A stretch of 64,000 bases of DNA from a virus. The stretch spans positions 14,276 through 78,275 of IMG/VR virus record IMGVR_UViG_3300020474_001461. One strand, 5' to 3'. Made by a program: the position numbers and the translations under genes. Within the stretch, counting starts at the first letter, position 1. Every line of letters begins with the position of its first letter. The notes beneath the pieces were generated by a model. It was not told the origin of the DNA, ran no database searches, and saw only the letters and a list, made by a program, of their open reading frames with translations. Shown one piece after another: positions 1 through 8,942 of this stretch.

Positions 1-272
1 CTTGTTGTTTGGTCACAATGAATCCAACTTCTATCTCTTGATGTTGTAAACTGATATGCTCCTGTATACTCTTCACTACCCCAATATACGATATCACCCC
101 AATGTGGTGATATTACACCATTGATTACTTCTTTTATGGAATCGTTTAGGAATGATTTAGTTCGGGGGCCTGGATAATTACCTGTAACATTGAAATCTTG
201 TTCTAATGCAAACTGTCTTACTTCATCGACATTACTATAGAACTCATCTATGATAAATGCGTTTAGTCTCAT
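1..272 (-). CDS. 2OG-Fe(II) oxygenase-like protein (DUF6445-like), partial, runs off window; not in ORF track
   Basis: Manual translation MRLNAFIIDEFYSNVDEVRQFALEQDFNVTGNYPGPRT...SWIHCDQT; IIDxFY, NYPGxRT and HxD motifs. Confidence 0.65.
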   Translation of the reverse strand, partial: MRLNAFIIDEFYSNVDEVRQFALEQDFNVTGNYPGPRTKSFLNDSIKEVINGVISPHWGDIVYWGSEEYTGAYQFTTSRDRSWIHCDQTT

Positions 273-288
273 AACTTCTTTCTTAATA

Positions 289-432
289 TTAAATCGTTCT
301 AAATCTTCTCGATGAATTCCAATAAATTCTTGGAGTTGCTCCTAAGAACTTTTTTCTACTAACTCTGTCATTGAATTCGTTACGGGTTTGATTTAGTTGT
401 GTATTTCCGTTTTGTTGTTCTTGATTAATCAT
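289..432 (-). CDS. small hypothetical protein (47 aa), below ORF-track cutoff
   Basis: MINQEQQNGNTQLNQTRNEFNDRVSRKKFLGATPRIYWNSSRRFRTI* fills the gap between neighbours. Confidence 0.6.
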   Translation of the reverse strand: MINQEQQNGNTQLNQTRNEFNDRVSRKKFLGATPRIYWNSSRRFRTI

Positions 433-439
433 TACTTTT

Positions 440-1354
440 TTACATATATTGTGTTATAGCATCAGGAGCGTTATTCTTTATCCAATTATAAAGTTTATTT
501 TTCCAAATCTTTTCAGGTAATATACTACCACCTTCTTTCTTTACAGGTAAAGATAAAAATCCTTTTGCGATTCCATCAACTTCATTTCCATCTGCGTCTT
601 TATATTTTATTGTATGTTCAGGGTTGTTAAGAATCACATCTACTCTACCATTTAAACCTTTTGGCATCGCCTTTGTTACAAGACCCCAAACAGTATTTGA
701 TGCACCTTCGTGAGTTTTTAGTAAAGTATCTTCAGGTACCATTCTCTCTCTTGTCTTGTTGTTTTCCATTGCAGTTACAAAGTTAGTAAGAACCCATGTT
801 AAATGGATATTTTCAGATTTGTATCCTGCTTTTTCTAACTTAGGAATTACACCTGAAATATCCGTAACTTTTTTCGCTGTAATATCAAACATAATGTTAG
901 GAAGTGTCTCAGGGTTATTTTTACCTACCAATAGTGTTTCTAATGAACTATCTTTAATACCCATTGCTTTTACTAACATATGTAATGCTGTAACGTGATT
1001 AGGTTGTTTTAGGTTTAAATTTCTTAGTTGGAATCCCTGTGCTTGTATACTTCTAATGTTTTCTATTTCACTTGCTGGTATATTTTTACTATACTTTTTT
1101 AAGATTCCGTCTATATCAAGTTTACCTAATCTATTTAGAATCTGTAATTGTTTTTTCATTTTATCGACATCACGAACCTTGAACATTTCTCTGTCTAAAA
1201 AGTGTTTTGATGCGAATCCTTTACCTGAACCTGCTCCACCTGCTAAAAAAACTACCTGACCGTATGGTTTTCTGTTATTGTAAACCATTAACTTTTCGTC
1301 AAGTTGTTCTTCGTTAATTACTTCTAATATGAAATCTTTTATATTCCAACTCAT
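440..1354 (-). CDS. P-loop kinase (zeta-toxin/AAA_33-like), probable internal head protein
   Basis: VVFLAGGAGSGKG Walker A, downstream IMFDIT; N-terminal ILE/INE/LDE motifs. Confidence 0.65.
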   Translation of the reverse strand: MSWNIKDFILEVINEEQLDEKLMVYNNRKPYGQVVFLAGGAGSGKGFASKHFLDREMFKVRDVDKMKKQLQILNRLGKLDIDGILKKYSKNIPASEIENIRSIQAQGFQLRNLNLKQPNHVTALHMLVKAMGIKDSSLETLLVGKNNPETLPNIMFDITAKKVTDISGVIPKLEKAGYKSENIHLTWVLTNFVTAMENNKTRERMVPEDTLLKTHEGASNTVWGLVTKAMPKGLNGRVDVILNNPEHTIKYKDADGNEVDGIAKGFLSLPVKKEGGSILPEKIWKNKLYNWIKNNAPDAITQYM

Positions 1355-1533
1355 TTCTTAACTCCGTTGTACGGAAACATCCTATTTAACTTTTCACGTC
1401 TCTTGTCACACCCGCAATCATCTGCTCCTGCGACCTCTGCGATTTTCTCAGCCAACTTATCTAATTTTGTTGCTGATGTGATTTTTGCTATGGTATCACC
1501 TAAACCTTTTGATGGTATGTTAGTTTTCTTCAT
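1351..1533 (-). CDS. small phage protein with CGC motif
   Basis: KGLGDTIAKIT...DCGCDKRREKLN; translationally coupled to neighbours. Confidence 0.6.
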   Translation of the reverse strand: MKKTNIPSKGLGDTIAKITSATKLDKLAEKIAEVAGADDCGCDKRREKLNRMFPYNGVKK

Positions 1534-1765
1534 AGTAGTTCACTTCCACATTAAATCCATTTTCAATAAATAGTTCAAAATAATGTTCAACGATAATTTC
1601 ATCACCTGTAAATATATCACAACCACCTGTTCTATGAACTATATCTGCTATTGACTGACCTTGGGTGGTCGGATATGACAGATATTTTTTTAGTATATTT
1701 ATCACGTCAATAAAACTATTCTTATTATCATTCAATAATCTTAAAGTTTTTTTGTTTGTTGTCAT
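1520..1765 (-). CDS. clpS: ClpS-like Clp protease adaptor
   Basis: LRLLNDNKNSFIDVINIL...IADIVHRTGGCDIFTG matches the ClpS core LxNDDxNTFxxV...VHxxGxxxVxTG. Confidence 0.65.
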   Translation of the reverse strand: MTTNKKTLRLLNDNKNSFIDVINILKKYLSYPTTQGQSIADIVHRTGGCDIFTGDEIIVEHYFELFIENGFNVEVNYYEEN

Positions 1766-1962
1766 AAATCGTAATAAACTACTTTTTCTATATCGTACTT
1801 GTTTTTAAACTTTGTGATGTAAATTGGAACCTCGACTTCGTGACAAATCTCTGCTTCTACTTTGGTTCCACCTGGCTCATCTGTTACTACATATAAAATT
1901 TTGTTACCTAATTCTTTAGTACTCGATAAGAAATCATCAAGACTTTTTACTACTATTTTCAT
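1762..1962 (-). CDS. hypothetical protein (probable start ATG 1962, MKIVVKS)
   Basis: ORF coupled to flanking genes. Confidence 0.5.
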   Translation of the reverse strand: MKIVVKSLDDFLSSTKELGNKILYVVTDEPGGTKVEAEICHEVEVPIYITKFKNKYDIEKVVYYDL

Positions 1963-2146
1963 TTGTTCTCTCCAACATATCCATGAGTTGTTGAACGTGT
2001 TTACACTTTTCGTAATCCTCAACGGATTCATAGTGTTTTAACATTTTCGTTAATACTCTTTTTTTAGTAGACTTGTCAATATAAGTTGGGTTGTACAACA
2101 ATATGTCGTAAACCTCATCAATCGCTTTGTCTACATAGTTATCCAT
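1937..2146 (-). CDS. small protein with UVR (UvrB/C)-like motif
   Basis: HYESVEDYEKCKHVQQLM resembles the EDYExAAxxRD UVR motif. Confidence 0.5.
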   Translation of the reverse strand: MDNYVDKAIDEVYDILLYNPTYIDKSTKKRVLTKMLKHYESVEDYEKCKHVQQLMDMLERTNENSSKKS

Positions 2147-2172
2147 AAATATATTTTGGAAAGTTAATAAAA

Positions 2173-2556
2173 CTATAATTTACCCACTGCTTCAGAAAAA
2201 ATCCACCCTAAAAGACCAATTAGACCACTAAATAGTACCCAAAGTGCTCTTGATACTGTAGATTTCCACTCTTGAAGTTTTTCTAATTCATTTTCTAATT
2301 CTAAAATTCTTTCAGGAACTTGTTCCATGTCTTCTCTGACTTCAGTGTTTTTGTTCACTCTGACTATGACTCCGTTATCAGGATTTAGTAGTGTATACTT
2401 GATGTCGGATAAGTCCTCTTTAATATCTGTATAATTTTCTTTCATCTCGGTAATTGTTGTCTCCATTCGTTTTAACTCACCATTTGGGAGTTTATTTTTC
2501 ATAGACGACAATTCCTCAAGAATATTTTCTAAAATGTCTTTATTCGTAGTTGCCAT
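2173..2556 (-). CDS. coiled-coil protein with C-terminal transmembrane helix
   Basis: Heptad-rich body; ALWVLFSGLIGLLGWIF. Confidence 0.6.
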   Translation of the reverse strand: MATTNKDILENILEELSSMKNKLPNGELKRMETTITEMKENYTDIKEDLSDIKYTLLNPDNGVIVRVNKNTEVREDMEQVPERILELENELEKLQEWKSTVSRALWVLFSGLIGLLGWIFSEAVGKL

Positions 2557-2571
2557 TGTGTACCCTATTTG

Positions 2572-3141
2572 TTATAAATATGTCTTCGACAACTCTTCTA
2601 TATGATTTTCTATTAATTTCTTTTTTTGACTTGATGTCAGGTGTTCAACTGCGAGTACAGATTTGATTCTTACATCAGGATATTTTCTTTGTAACTGTTG
2701 TACTGCTCTTACATTTTTAAGTGAATCATCCATAAATGCAATATCAGTATAACCTTTTGATATATGTTTTTCAATCCAATCTGCTTTATCTTTAGGATTG
2801 TTACTTGCTAATGTGACAGGATATACGTCCAATCCGTATTCATCTTTAAAAAACTTTCTGATTGGGAATCCTAATGCTCTTGCTGTAAGTATCGTAACCT
2901 TTTTATTTGGGTTTTTTAACATTTGTTGGAGTAACTTGAAGTTTTTCTTAATTACTTGGGGGTTGTTCAACATACTGTTAAAATCTCTGAAGTCGAACTC
3001 ATCACCTCTTTTTGGTTTATATTTTGCATATTGAGAAGGTGATAAAGTTGTTTCTTTTCCATCTTTATGTTTTACATAGATGTATGCTACACTTTTTGCA
3101 AGTGTATCATCAAAATCAAAAACTCTTAATATTCTACCCAT
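2572..3141 (-). CDS. HAD-superfamily phosphatase (polynucleotide/RNA-repair HAD-like)
   Basis: VFDFDDTL motif I, ILTAR motif II, K, FMDDSxKN motif IV. Confidence 0.75.
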   Translation of the reverse strand: MGRILRVFDFDDTLAKSVAYIYVKHKDGKETTLSPSQYAKYKPKRGDEFDFRDFNSMLNNPQVIKKNFKLLQQMLKNPNKKVTILTARALGFPIRKFFKDEYGLDVYPVTLASNNPKDKADWIEKHISKGYTDIAFMDDSLKNVRAVQQLQRKYPDVRIKSVLAVEHLTSSQKKKLIENHIEELSKTYL

Positions 3142-3157
3142 AATTTATCCTTTAGTA

Positions 3158-3189
3158 TAAATATACGAAATTTTTGGTAATTTTCCAAA
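3158..3189 (-). promoter_or_regulatory. Bacteroidota-type -33/-7 promoter overlapping a late TATTTATA motif
   Basis: Minus strand TTTG-N20-TATATTTA(TA). Confidence 0.65.
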
Positions 3190-3212
3190 TATTTTAACAC
3201 TTTTTAACAGTA

Positions 3213-4016
3213 CTATTTTAATCTGGCTCTAAATGGGATGTCGTTTTCTCTCCAAAACGCATTTAACATACTATGGAAGTTCTTGATAAGTTCTACTGCT
3301 TCTTTTTTCTTTTGAGGTGTGTTGGTATCTAATCTTCCTTGTGGAATGATTCCTTTTGTAAATTGACTGATTTTAAAAATACCGACCTCATTTAGGTCTT
3401 CACCTTCTTTTTGGTAAGTATTTCTACCATGTAAACATCTACCATCTAATGTTACAGGGCCTGGACATTTATCTCCTTTATTATCATAATAAATTTCTTT
3501 GATTTGATTAATTCTGTTTGTTTTCTTGAAAGTTTCTTTATCAAATATCAAATCATCATCTACCATTAGAATCATTAACTGTCTACCAAATTTTTTGTCA
3601 TCTTTCATAAAAGTAAACATTGGTGCGTTCTTTCTTGCCCATTTATACCACAACGCTGATAATATTAAAAACATTTTAGTAGAATCACCTTTTTGTTTTA
3701 ACATCATCTTTTTAACCATTTTTCTATTCTTGTACACCCACTTTTTGAAATCCATATATACAAACTCATTTGGAGTGTCCATAGGTATTGGTCTTTGTTC
3801 ATTTATTGATTCATCTTGTGGCATATCTTCAGGGAATTCTACTTCTATAGATTCTTTTACGATTCTAAAGTTGACTACTTTCCTACCATTGATTGTTGGC
3901 ATACCATAATCGTCCTTACCGATTGATTTAACGGTAGTTCTTTTGTTTTTGAACCTACCTGTTAAAATCGTATCCCCAACCTTTATAGGTAATACTATGT
4001 TTTCGTTTAGTTTCAT
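3213..4016 (-). CDS. hypothetical modular protein, probable internal head protein
   Basis: Segments separated by LNE/INE motifs (MKLNE, SINE, DLNE). Confidence 0.6.
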   Translation of the reverse strand: MKLNENIVLPIKVGDTILTGRFKNKRTTVKSIGKDDYGMPTINGRKVVNFRIVKESIEVEFPEDMPQDESINEQRPIPMDTPNEFVYMDFKKWVYKNRKMVKKMMLKQKGDSTKMFLILSALWYKWARKNAPMFTFMKDDKKFGRQLMILMVDDDLIFDKETFKKTNRINQIKEIYYDNKGDKCPGPVTLDGRCLHGRNTYQKEGEDLNEVGIFKISQFTKGIIPQGRLDTNTPQKKKEAVELIKNFHSMLNAFWRENDIPFRARLK

Positions 4017-4394
4017 TTATTTGATTTTCTTTAAAATAGGTTCAATATCTAATGCTATCGTATATTGTTCTTTATGTCTGTATTCGATAGGAACAAATCT
4101 TTGTTTTGTTTTCTTTGATGCGAACTCTGCTAATTGTTTAGTGATATCATCTTTTGATATACTACCCAAAGTATCAATCTTATCCAAGTCTTTTGAACTC
4201 TTTGGAATACAAATTAAAGTTGGACCTTTACCTAAGTAATCAGCATTAACATAATTAAAATTAAACTCAACATATTGAGATGGTAGTTGTGAGTCTTTTG
4301 CGTTTGATGTTAATACAACCTTTGCTTTTCCATAAAACATCACTTCGTTTAATGGTTGTTTTCCTTCGTTCAATATGTCTTTTAATTTTATCAT
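4017..4394 (-). CDS. hypothetical protein, probable internal head protein
   Basis: N-terminus MIKLKDILNEGKQPLNE. Confidence 0.6.
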   Translation of the reverse strand: MIKLKDILNEGKQPLNEVMFYGKAKVVLTSNAKDSQLPSQYVEFNFNYVNADYLGKGPTLICIPKSSKDLDKIDTLGSISKDDITKQLAEFASKKTKQRFVPIEYRHKEQYTIALDIEPILKKIK

Positions 4395-4400
4395 AATTTT

Positions 4401-4940
4401 CTAATTTAATAAATACCCGTAAGGTGTTGCGTCTATATCCAATCCTATTGGATAGTTTTCTAATCTTAAATCAACACTCATATTTCTTTGAATGTATGGA
4501 TTGTAAAACTGACCTACGGCAGTTAAACAAATTAATCCATTGTGTACATCCATTACTTGAACATCATTCCAAATAATATATTCTTGGTCGCCTGGTATTT
4601 CAACACCTGCATATTTGTTATCAGGATTTTCCCAAGTGTATTGTCCGATATCTAATAACGCTCCATTATCATCTGCGTCTGAATCTAAACAATACAATGC
4701 GAAATGTTGTCTGTCCAATCTTGGTTCTCCATCATCTACTTGTAGATAAAGGATAAATATTTTCTTGATAGTATCACCGTATTTTATACCACCAAATGTT
4801 TTGATTTGTGCGTATCTATCATTTGGGTCAAAAGACTCACCATCAAGTGAAATCTCTAATACAGGTTCTAATATCTCTTCCTTTTCACAGGAAATAAATA
4901 AAAATGACAAAACACTTAAAAATACTAATAATTTTTTCAT
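4401..4940 (-). CDS. lipoprotein, probably surface-exposed
   Basis: SPII signal MKKLLVFLSVLSFLFIS-C followed by EKEE. Confidence 0.7.
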   Translation of the reverse strand: MKKLLVFLSVLSFLFISCEKEEILEPVLEISLDGESFDPNDRYAQIKTFGGIKYGDTIKKIFILYLQVDDGEPRLDRQHFALYCLDSDADDNGALLDIGQYTWENPDNKYAGVEIPGDQEYIIWNDVQVMDVHNGLICLTAVGQFYNPYIQRNMSVDLRLENYPIGLDIDATPYGYLLN

Positions 4941-4965
4941 ACTAATTTCTCCTACGATATAAATA

Positions 4966-5613
4966 TCATAACCTTTTCATTTTATTTAGATAATCATACA
5001 TTGAATATCCTAACTTCATACCGAACTTTGAATCGGTCTCGTAATGTGCTCTTCCAATATTTCTACTTCTTGAAATATCTCTACCCAAATTCATGAAATT
5101 ATACTCATGGTCAGGGTACATATCTGACATTACTTTCGCTATAAGTATTCCTTGACAGGAATGACCACTTGGATATGATGGGGTGTTCATTGACTCCATA
5201 TATGCTTCTTTTCCAATATCAATCTTTACCAACGGGTGGTCAGCAATTTGATATGGTCTTGGTCTATTATAGTGAATCTTTAGTGTTCTTGTGAATATTC
5301 TACTGTCATCTAATAGTTGGTCTACCAAGGATTGGGGAAAATCTAATCCTTGTATATCGCAGTAGTTTTTAAATACTTTGTCAATAGCATCCATTTCTCT
5401 GACAAAATCTATATCGTGAGGAAGGTCACTTAACTTCCTTAATTCTATTTTTACTTTTGATGAATCATTCTGAGGTGGTGGGTTACCTTTGAAATACTCA
5501 ATAGGGAATCCTTGAAGAAGGTTTGGTTTTTGATTTATTACCTTTATATCCTTCTTTCTTGGTTCATCCATGAACCTCATGGATTTTAAACTGAGTATAT
5601 CACCTAATTTCAT
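4966..5613 (-). CDS. PAP2/vanadium haloperoxidase-superfamily acid phosphatase
   Basis: KxxYNRPRP, PSYPSGHS and SRxxxxxHYxxD motifs. Confidence 0.8.
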   Translation of the reverse strand: MKLGDILSLKSMRFMDEPRKKDIKVINQKPNLLQGFPIEYFKGNPPPQNDSSKVKIELRKLSDLPHDIDFVREMDAIDKVFKNYCDIQGLDFPQSLVDQLLDDSRIFTRTLKIHYNRPRPYQIADHPLVKIDIGKEAYMESMNTPSYPSGHSCQGILIAKVMSDMYPDHEYNFMNLGRDISRSRNIGRAHYETDSKFGMKLGYSMYDYLNKMKRL

Positions 5614-5753
5614 CTCCCTTGGCCTCTGTATGGTTTTTTATAGTGTTTACTGTTTTTACCCTTTGACGTTTTTGTCTTAGAGTGAATACCTGGCCTCTTC
5701 TTCTTAGGTTTATCGTAATAAGTAGAGGTACCAAATCCTTTCGCTTTTGCCAT
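5610..5753 (-). CDS. small very basic protein (47 aa), not in ORF track
   Basis: MAKAKGFGTSTYYDKPKKKRPGIHSKTKTSKGKNSKHYKKPYRGQGR*; ATGA overlap with the next gene. Confidence 0.7.
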   Translation of the reverse strand: MAKAKGFGTSTYYDKPKKKRPGIHSKTKTSKGKNSKHYKKPYRGQGR

Positions 5754-5767
5754 TTAATGCAACCTTT

Positions 5768-6175
5768 CTAAAACTGTGAAGCGGACTTGAGTTCATCGAT
5801 GTGTTCTTGTAACTCTTGTAAGTCAACAGGACACTCTAAATCTAATCCCGCTTTATACATTTCTTCTTTTATACCATCTTTGAATACTATAATGGTCGGT
5901 GCCATTCGTATTCTATATTCTTTTTTAGCGTTTGGTGCTTTTGATATATCAATTCTGTAATAGTGAGTTATTCCTTCAACTTTATCCCAATCTTGGAATG
6001 CGTTTGCGTCATTAAACTTTGCCCAAAACTCAACTATAACAATTGACATTTCATCGTCACCAAATGCGGACTTTTCATGGATTTTATCATCAAAATTACT
6101 ATCTGTTATCCAATCTTGTCCAAATACGTTACTAAAACTCATTAATAACGATATTAAAAAAACTATCTTTTTCAT
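5768..6175 (-). CDS. secreted thioredoxin-fold protein lacking CxxC
   Basis: Signal peptide, VIVEFWAKFN where Trx has WCxxC, cis-Pro loop MAPTIIVFKDG. Confidence 0.7.
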   Translation of the reverse strand: MKKIVFLISLLMSFSNVFGQDWITDSNFDDKIHEKSAFGDDEMSIVIVEFWAKFNDANAFQDWDKVEGITHYYRIDISKAPNAKKEYRIRMAPTIIVFKDGIKEEMYKAGLDLECPVDLQELQEHIDELKSASQF

Positions 6176-6186
6176 GCTAACCTATT

Positions 6187-6471
6187 TTAGTTATTCTTTT
6201 GTATCTCGTACAATCTCTCATCTATCTTATCGAGTTTGTCTTTGATTTCATCTACATCATCTTGAGTATCTAAAATTGTCTGGCGAATTAATTCGTCCTT
6301 TAAATCATACTCAGTTCTGTCTATAACAGGCTCAGGTAATTCCTTTGCCTCTTGAATGTCACCCTGTAAGGTGAACCACATTCCAATAACTGTTGCTAAA
6401 GTAAATAAGATTACCCCGATTGTTTTTAAATCGAGGGTTATTTTTGTTTCTTCTGATACTTGCTTTGCCAT
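6187..6471 (-). CDS. single-pass membrane protein with coiled coil
   Basis: TM IGVILFTLATVIGMWF; acidic coiled coil. Confidence 0.6.
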   Translation of the reverse strand: MAKQVSEETKITLDLKTIGVILFTLATVIGMWFTLQGDIQEAKELPEPVIDRTEYDLKDELIRQTILDTQDDVDEIKDKLDKIDERLYEIQKNN

Positions 6472-6488
6472 AACAAATCCTCTTAATC

Positions 6489-7742
6489 CTATCTAAATGT
6501 ATAATTTATACCAAATGTTGTAATGAAAAATTTAGAATCCCACATTTGAGTATATTCACCTTCTGCAAATAACCCGATTGATTTTCCGATTTTCCATCCA
6601 AAGTTTGCACCTGCTTGGTAATCCCACCACTGTTCACCTTTTGCTGCGTCTGCTAACCCATATTGGTCCCAATCGTTTCTGTATAAGTAAGATAGAGGAA
6701 CTCTTCCTTGTTCATCTGTATCACCCATTACATACTTGTGATATGGTAAAAATGCTGAACCGTATAGGTGTAACCAAAAGTTTGACTTGTAGTGATAGAA
6801 ATCAAAACCTACAACTGGCGATATCAATCCAAATTCTGAGGTGTTACCTAATATTTCTTGGTTATATCTTGAAATCAGTCTTTTGTAAGGACCATCTCTA
6901 AATTGCAAATCCGAAGATGCGACTCTTCTTCCTTCAGGGTCCCACCAAAAATAACCACCTATGTTTTCTTCTTCACCTGAAATTGGATTGAAGATTGTTG
7001 TGGTATAAAATGCGTCTTGGAATCCATACTCATATGCCAACTCATACCAATAGTTTTCTTGGTTTCCGTCTCCGTCCAATGCACTTACCCAAATCTCATA
7101 TGGATTAACTCCATAAACTCTTTCGTGAGTTCTAAATGCTGCACCTGCTGATATAGAGAACTTTTTACCGATTGGTAATCTTCCTCTTACTTCTGCTGCA
7201 CTATAGTTAAAGTCAAATGCACCTTGATATCTTTGTTCAAGTTTTACGATATGGTATTTACCTGTATGTCTAAGGAAGTATCTTAGGTTTTCCCACTCTT
7301 CACCTCTTCTTCGTTCCTTCTCAAAGTGGAATAAGTATTCCCAACCTTGAACTGCTGAAGTTGGTGCGATTAATGCGTTTTGTCTTTCTAAGTTTTGGTC
7401 ACCTGTCCAAAAGTTACCTGGCTTTCTTTCATATCCAAAACGACCTAATTTACGAATACCGAAGCCGATTCTGTAATCCGATGGAAAGTATTCAGTAACA
7501 TCTACTACTTCAGGTACATCGTAGATACCTTGTCCATCAGGAGTTCTGATTAGATATTTCTTATCTGAACTTTCATAAGGTGCTCTATAATCACCAGCTC
7601 CATATACTGTTGCGTATTTGAAGAAGTTATCATAGAAAGTTTTGAATATTGGTTTTTTGTCTTTCTTTTTTTCATCTTGTGCATTTACACCTGCTGGTAT
7701 AATCATCAAGATAATCATCAAAATTGATAATAAATTTTTCAT
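6489..7742 (-). CDS. exported protein, probable outer-membrane beta-barrel
   Basis: SPI signal ending AGVNA|Q; alternating aromatic strands; C-terminal TTFGINYTFR beta-signal-like strand. Confidence 0.55.
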   Translation of the reverse strand: MKNLLSILMIILMIIPAGVNAQDEKKKDKKPIFKTFYDNFFKYATVYGAGDYRAPYESSDKKYLIRTPDGQGIYDVPEVVDVTEYFPSDYRIGFGIRKLGRFGYERKPGNFWTGDQNLERQNALIAPTSAVQGWEYLFHFEKERRRGEEWENLRYFLRHTGKYHIVKLEQRYQGAFDFNYSAAEVRGRLPIGKKFSISAGAAFRTHERVYGVNPYEIWVSALDGDGNQENYWYELAYEYGFQDAFYTTTIFNPISGEEENIGGYFWWDPEGRRVASSDLQFRDGPYKRLISRYNQEILGNTSEFGLISPVVGFDFYHYKSNFWLHLYGSAFLPYHKYVMGDTDEQGRVPLSYLYRNDWDQYGLADAAKGEQWWDYQAGANFGWKIGKSIGLFAEGEYTQMWDSKFFITTFGINYTFR

Positions 7743-7764
7743 CGTGGTTCTTTACCCTTCTCTT

Positions 7765-8013
7765 CTACTTTTTAGCGAACTTTTCTAACCCTGCAATCCC
7801 AAAACAACCTAACGTTACAAATACAAAAGAATTGTATATAAACTCGTTGATTACTAAGTCTTTTCCAAAGTAACCTGTAGCAAGGTCAAAGAATGCGAAT
7901 AACGTCATTACTGCAAATGACATGAATCCAATCACGTTTTTTTCATTGATATCGTTGTCATCTTTAAAAATGTCTTTAAATGCCATCCATTTTCTCCTAA
8001 TATATTTTATCAT
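7765..8013 (-). CDS. two-TM holin-like protein
   Basis: Two hydrophobic helices, basic C-terminus, adjacent to endolysin. Confidence 0.55.
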   Translation of the reverse strand: MIKYIRRKWMAFKDIFKDDNDINEKNVIGFMSFAVMTLFAFFDLATGYFGKDLVINEFIYNSFVFVTLGCFGIAGLEKFAKK

Positions 8014-8060
8014 AATATAACCTTTTTATAACTTGTTACTAATATAAATAGTCTGTTTTT

Positions 8061-8942
8061 CTACAAACTTACTAACATATCCAATAATTCCTCTTGTGGG
8101 AACATATCGAATTTATCTTTACGAGTATTGGTGTGTGTCCACATACCTTTTACTCTTCCATAATATGCGTCTTCATTGAATTCAAATCCATCTGCACCTT
8201 TTTGTTTTACTTCTTCTACAAGACCTTTTCTTACATCGATATTATCTCGTTCTGCAATCCATAAAATCCATAGTCTTAATGCTTCAATTTGTTTATCTGA
8301 ATATCTATGCCAATGTTTAAATCCTCTAAATGGTTTGTCCAAAGACACCATTTGTGATTCATGTGCAGTTGTTCCTGCATATGTTTTTCCATCTTTCAGA
8401 TATCCAAAGTTATTTACCTCAATACCAACAGAATGTGTATGCATATGTTGTGAACCATTTTTACCTAAGTGCCATCCGTAGTGTCCTTCAGGAAATGCCT
8501 GAACCATTACTCCGTCATATGTTTCGTCATTACCTTTTATTGATTGTCCACCTAATACGAATTCAGTTGCTACTGCACCTCTACTATCTCGACCCCAATG
8601 GTCAATAGTTCTATATGGATTCTGCCATCCCGCTGTATGATGTAAGAATACATACTCTTTGTTAGTTATTCCACTTTTGTATTCACCTACAGGTAAATAA
8701 TGTCTATTAACTACTAATCCGTTTTCTGTTGTGAATGTTTTCTCAGAATCATCAGTAGTAGCAAGACCCATAGAATCCCAAGTGGAAGGACCAACAATAC
8801 CATCAGGAACCAAACCATTGGCTTTTTGAAACTCCTGAACTGCTTTTTTAGTTCCTTCACCGAATATACCATCTGCTCCTATTTCTAAAAATTCTTGTAA
8901 ATCTTTTACTTCTTGTCCTCTCGAACCTACTCTAAGTATCAT
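8061..8942 (-). CDS. endolysin: peptidoglycan-binding domain plus Amidase_2 N-acetylmuramoyl-L-alanine amidase
   Basis: LRVGSRG...DGIFG...FQKANGLVPDGIVGPST; LHHTAG, SVGIEV, THTNTRKDKFD. Confidence 0.85.
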   Translation of the reverse strand: MILRVGSRGQEVKDLQEFLEIGADGIFGEGTKKAVQEFQKANGLVPDGIVGPSTWDSMGLATTDDSEKTFTTENGLVVNRHYLPVGEYKSGITNKEYVFLHHTAGWQNPYRTIDHWGRDSRGAVATEFVLGGQSIKGNDETYDGVMVQAFPEGHYGWHLGKNGSQHMHTHSVGIEVNNFGYLKDGKTYAGTTAHESQMVSLDKPFRGFKHWHRYSDKQIEALRLWILWIAERDNIDVRKGLVEEVKQKGADGFEFNEDAYYGRVKGMWTHTNTRKDKFDMFPQEELLDMLVSL

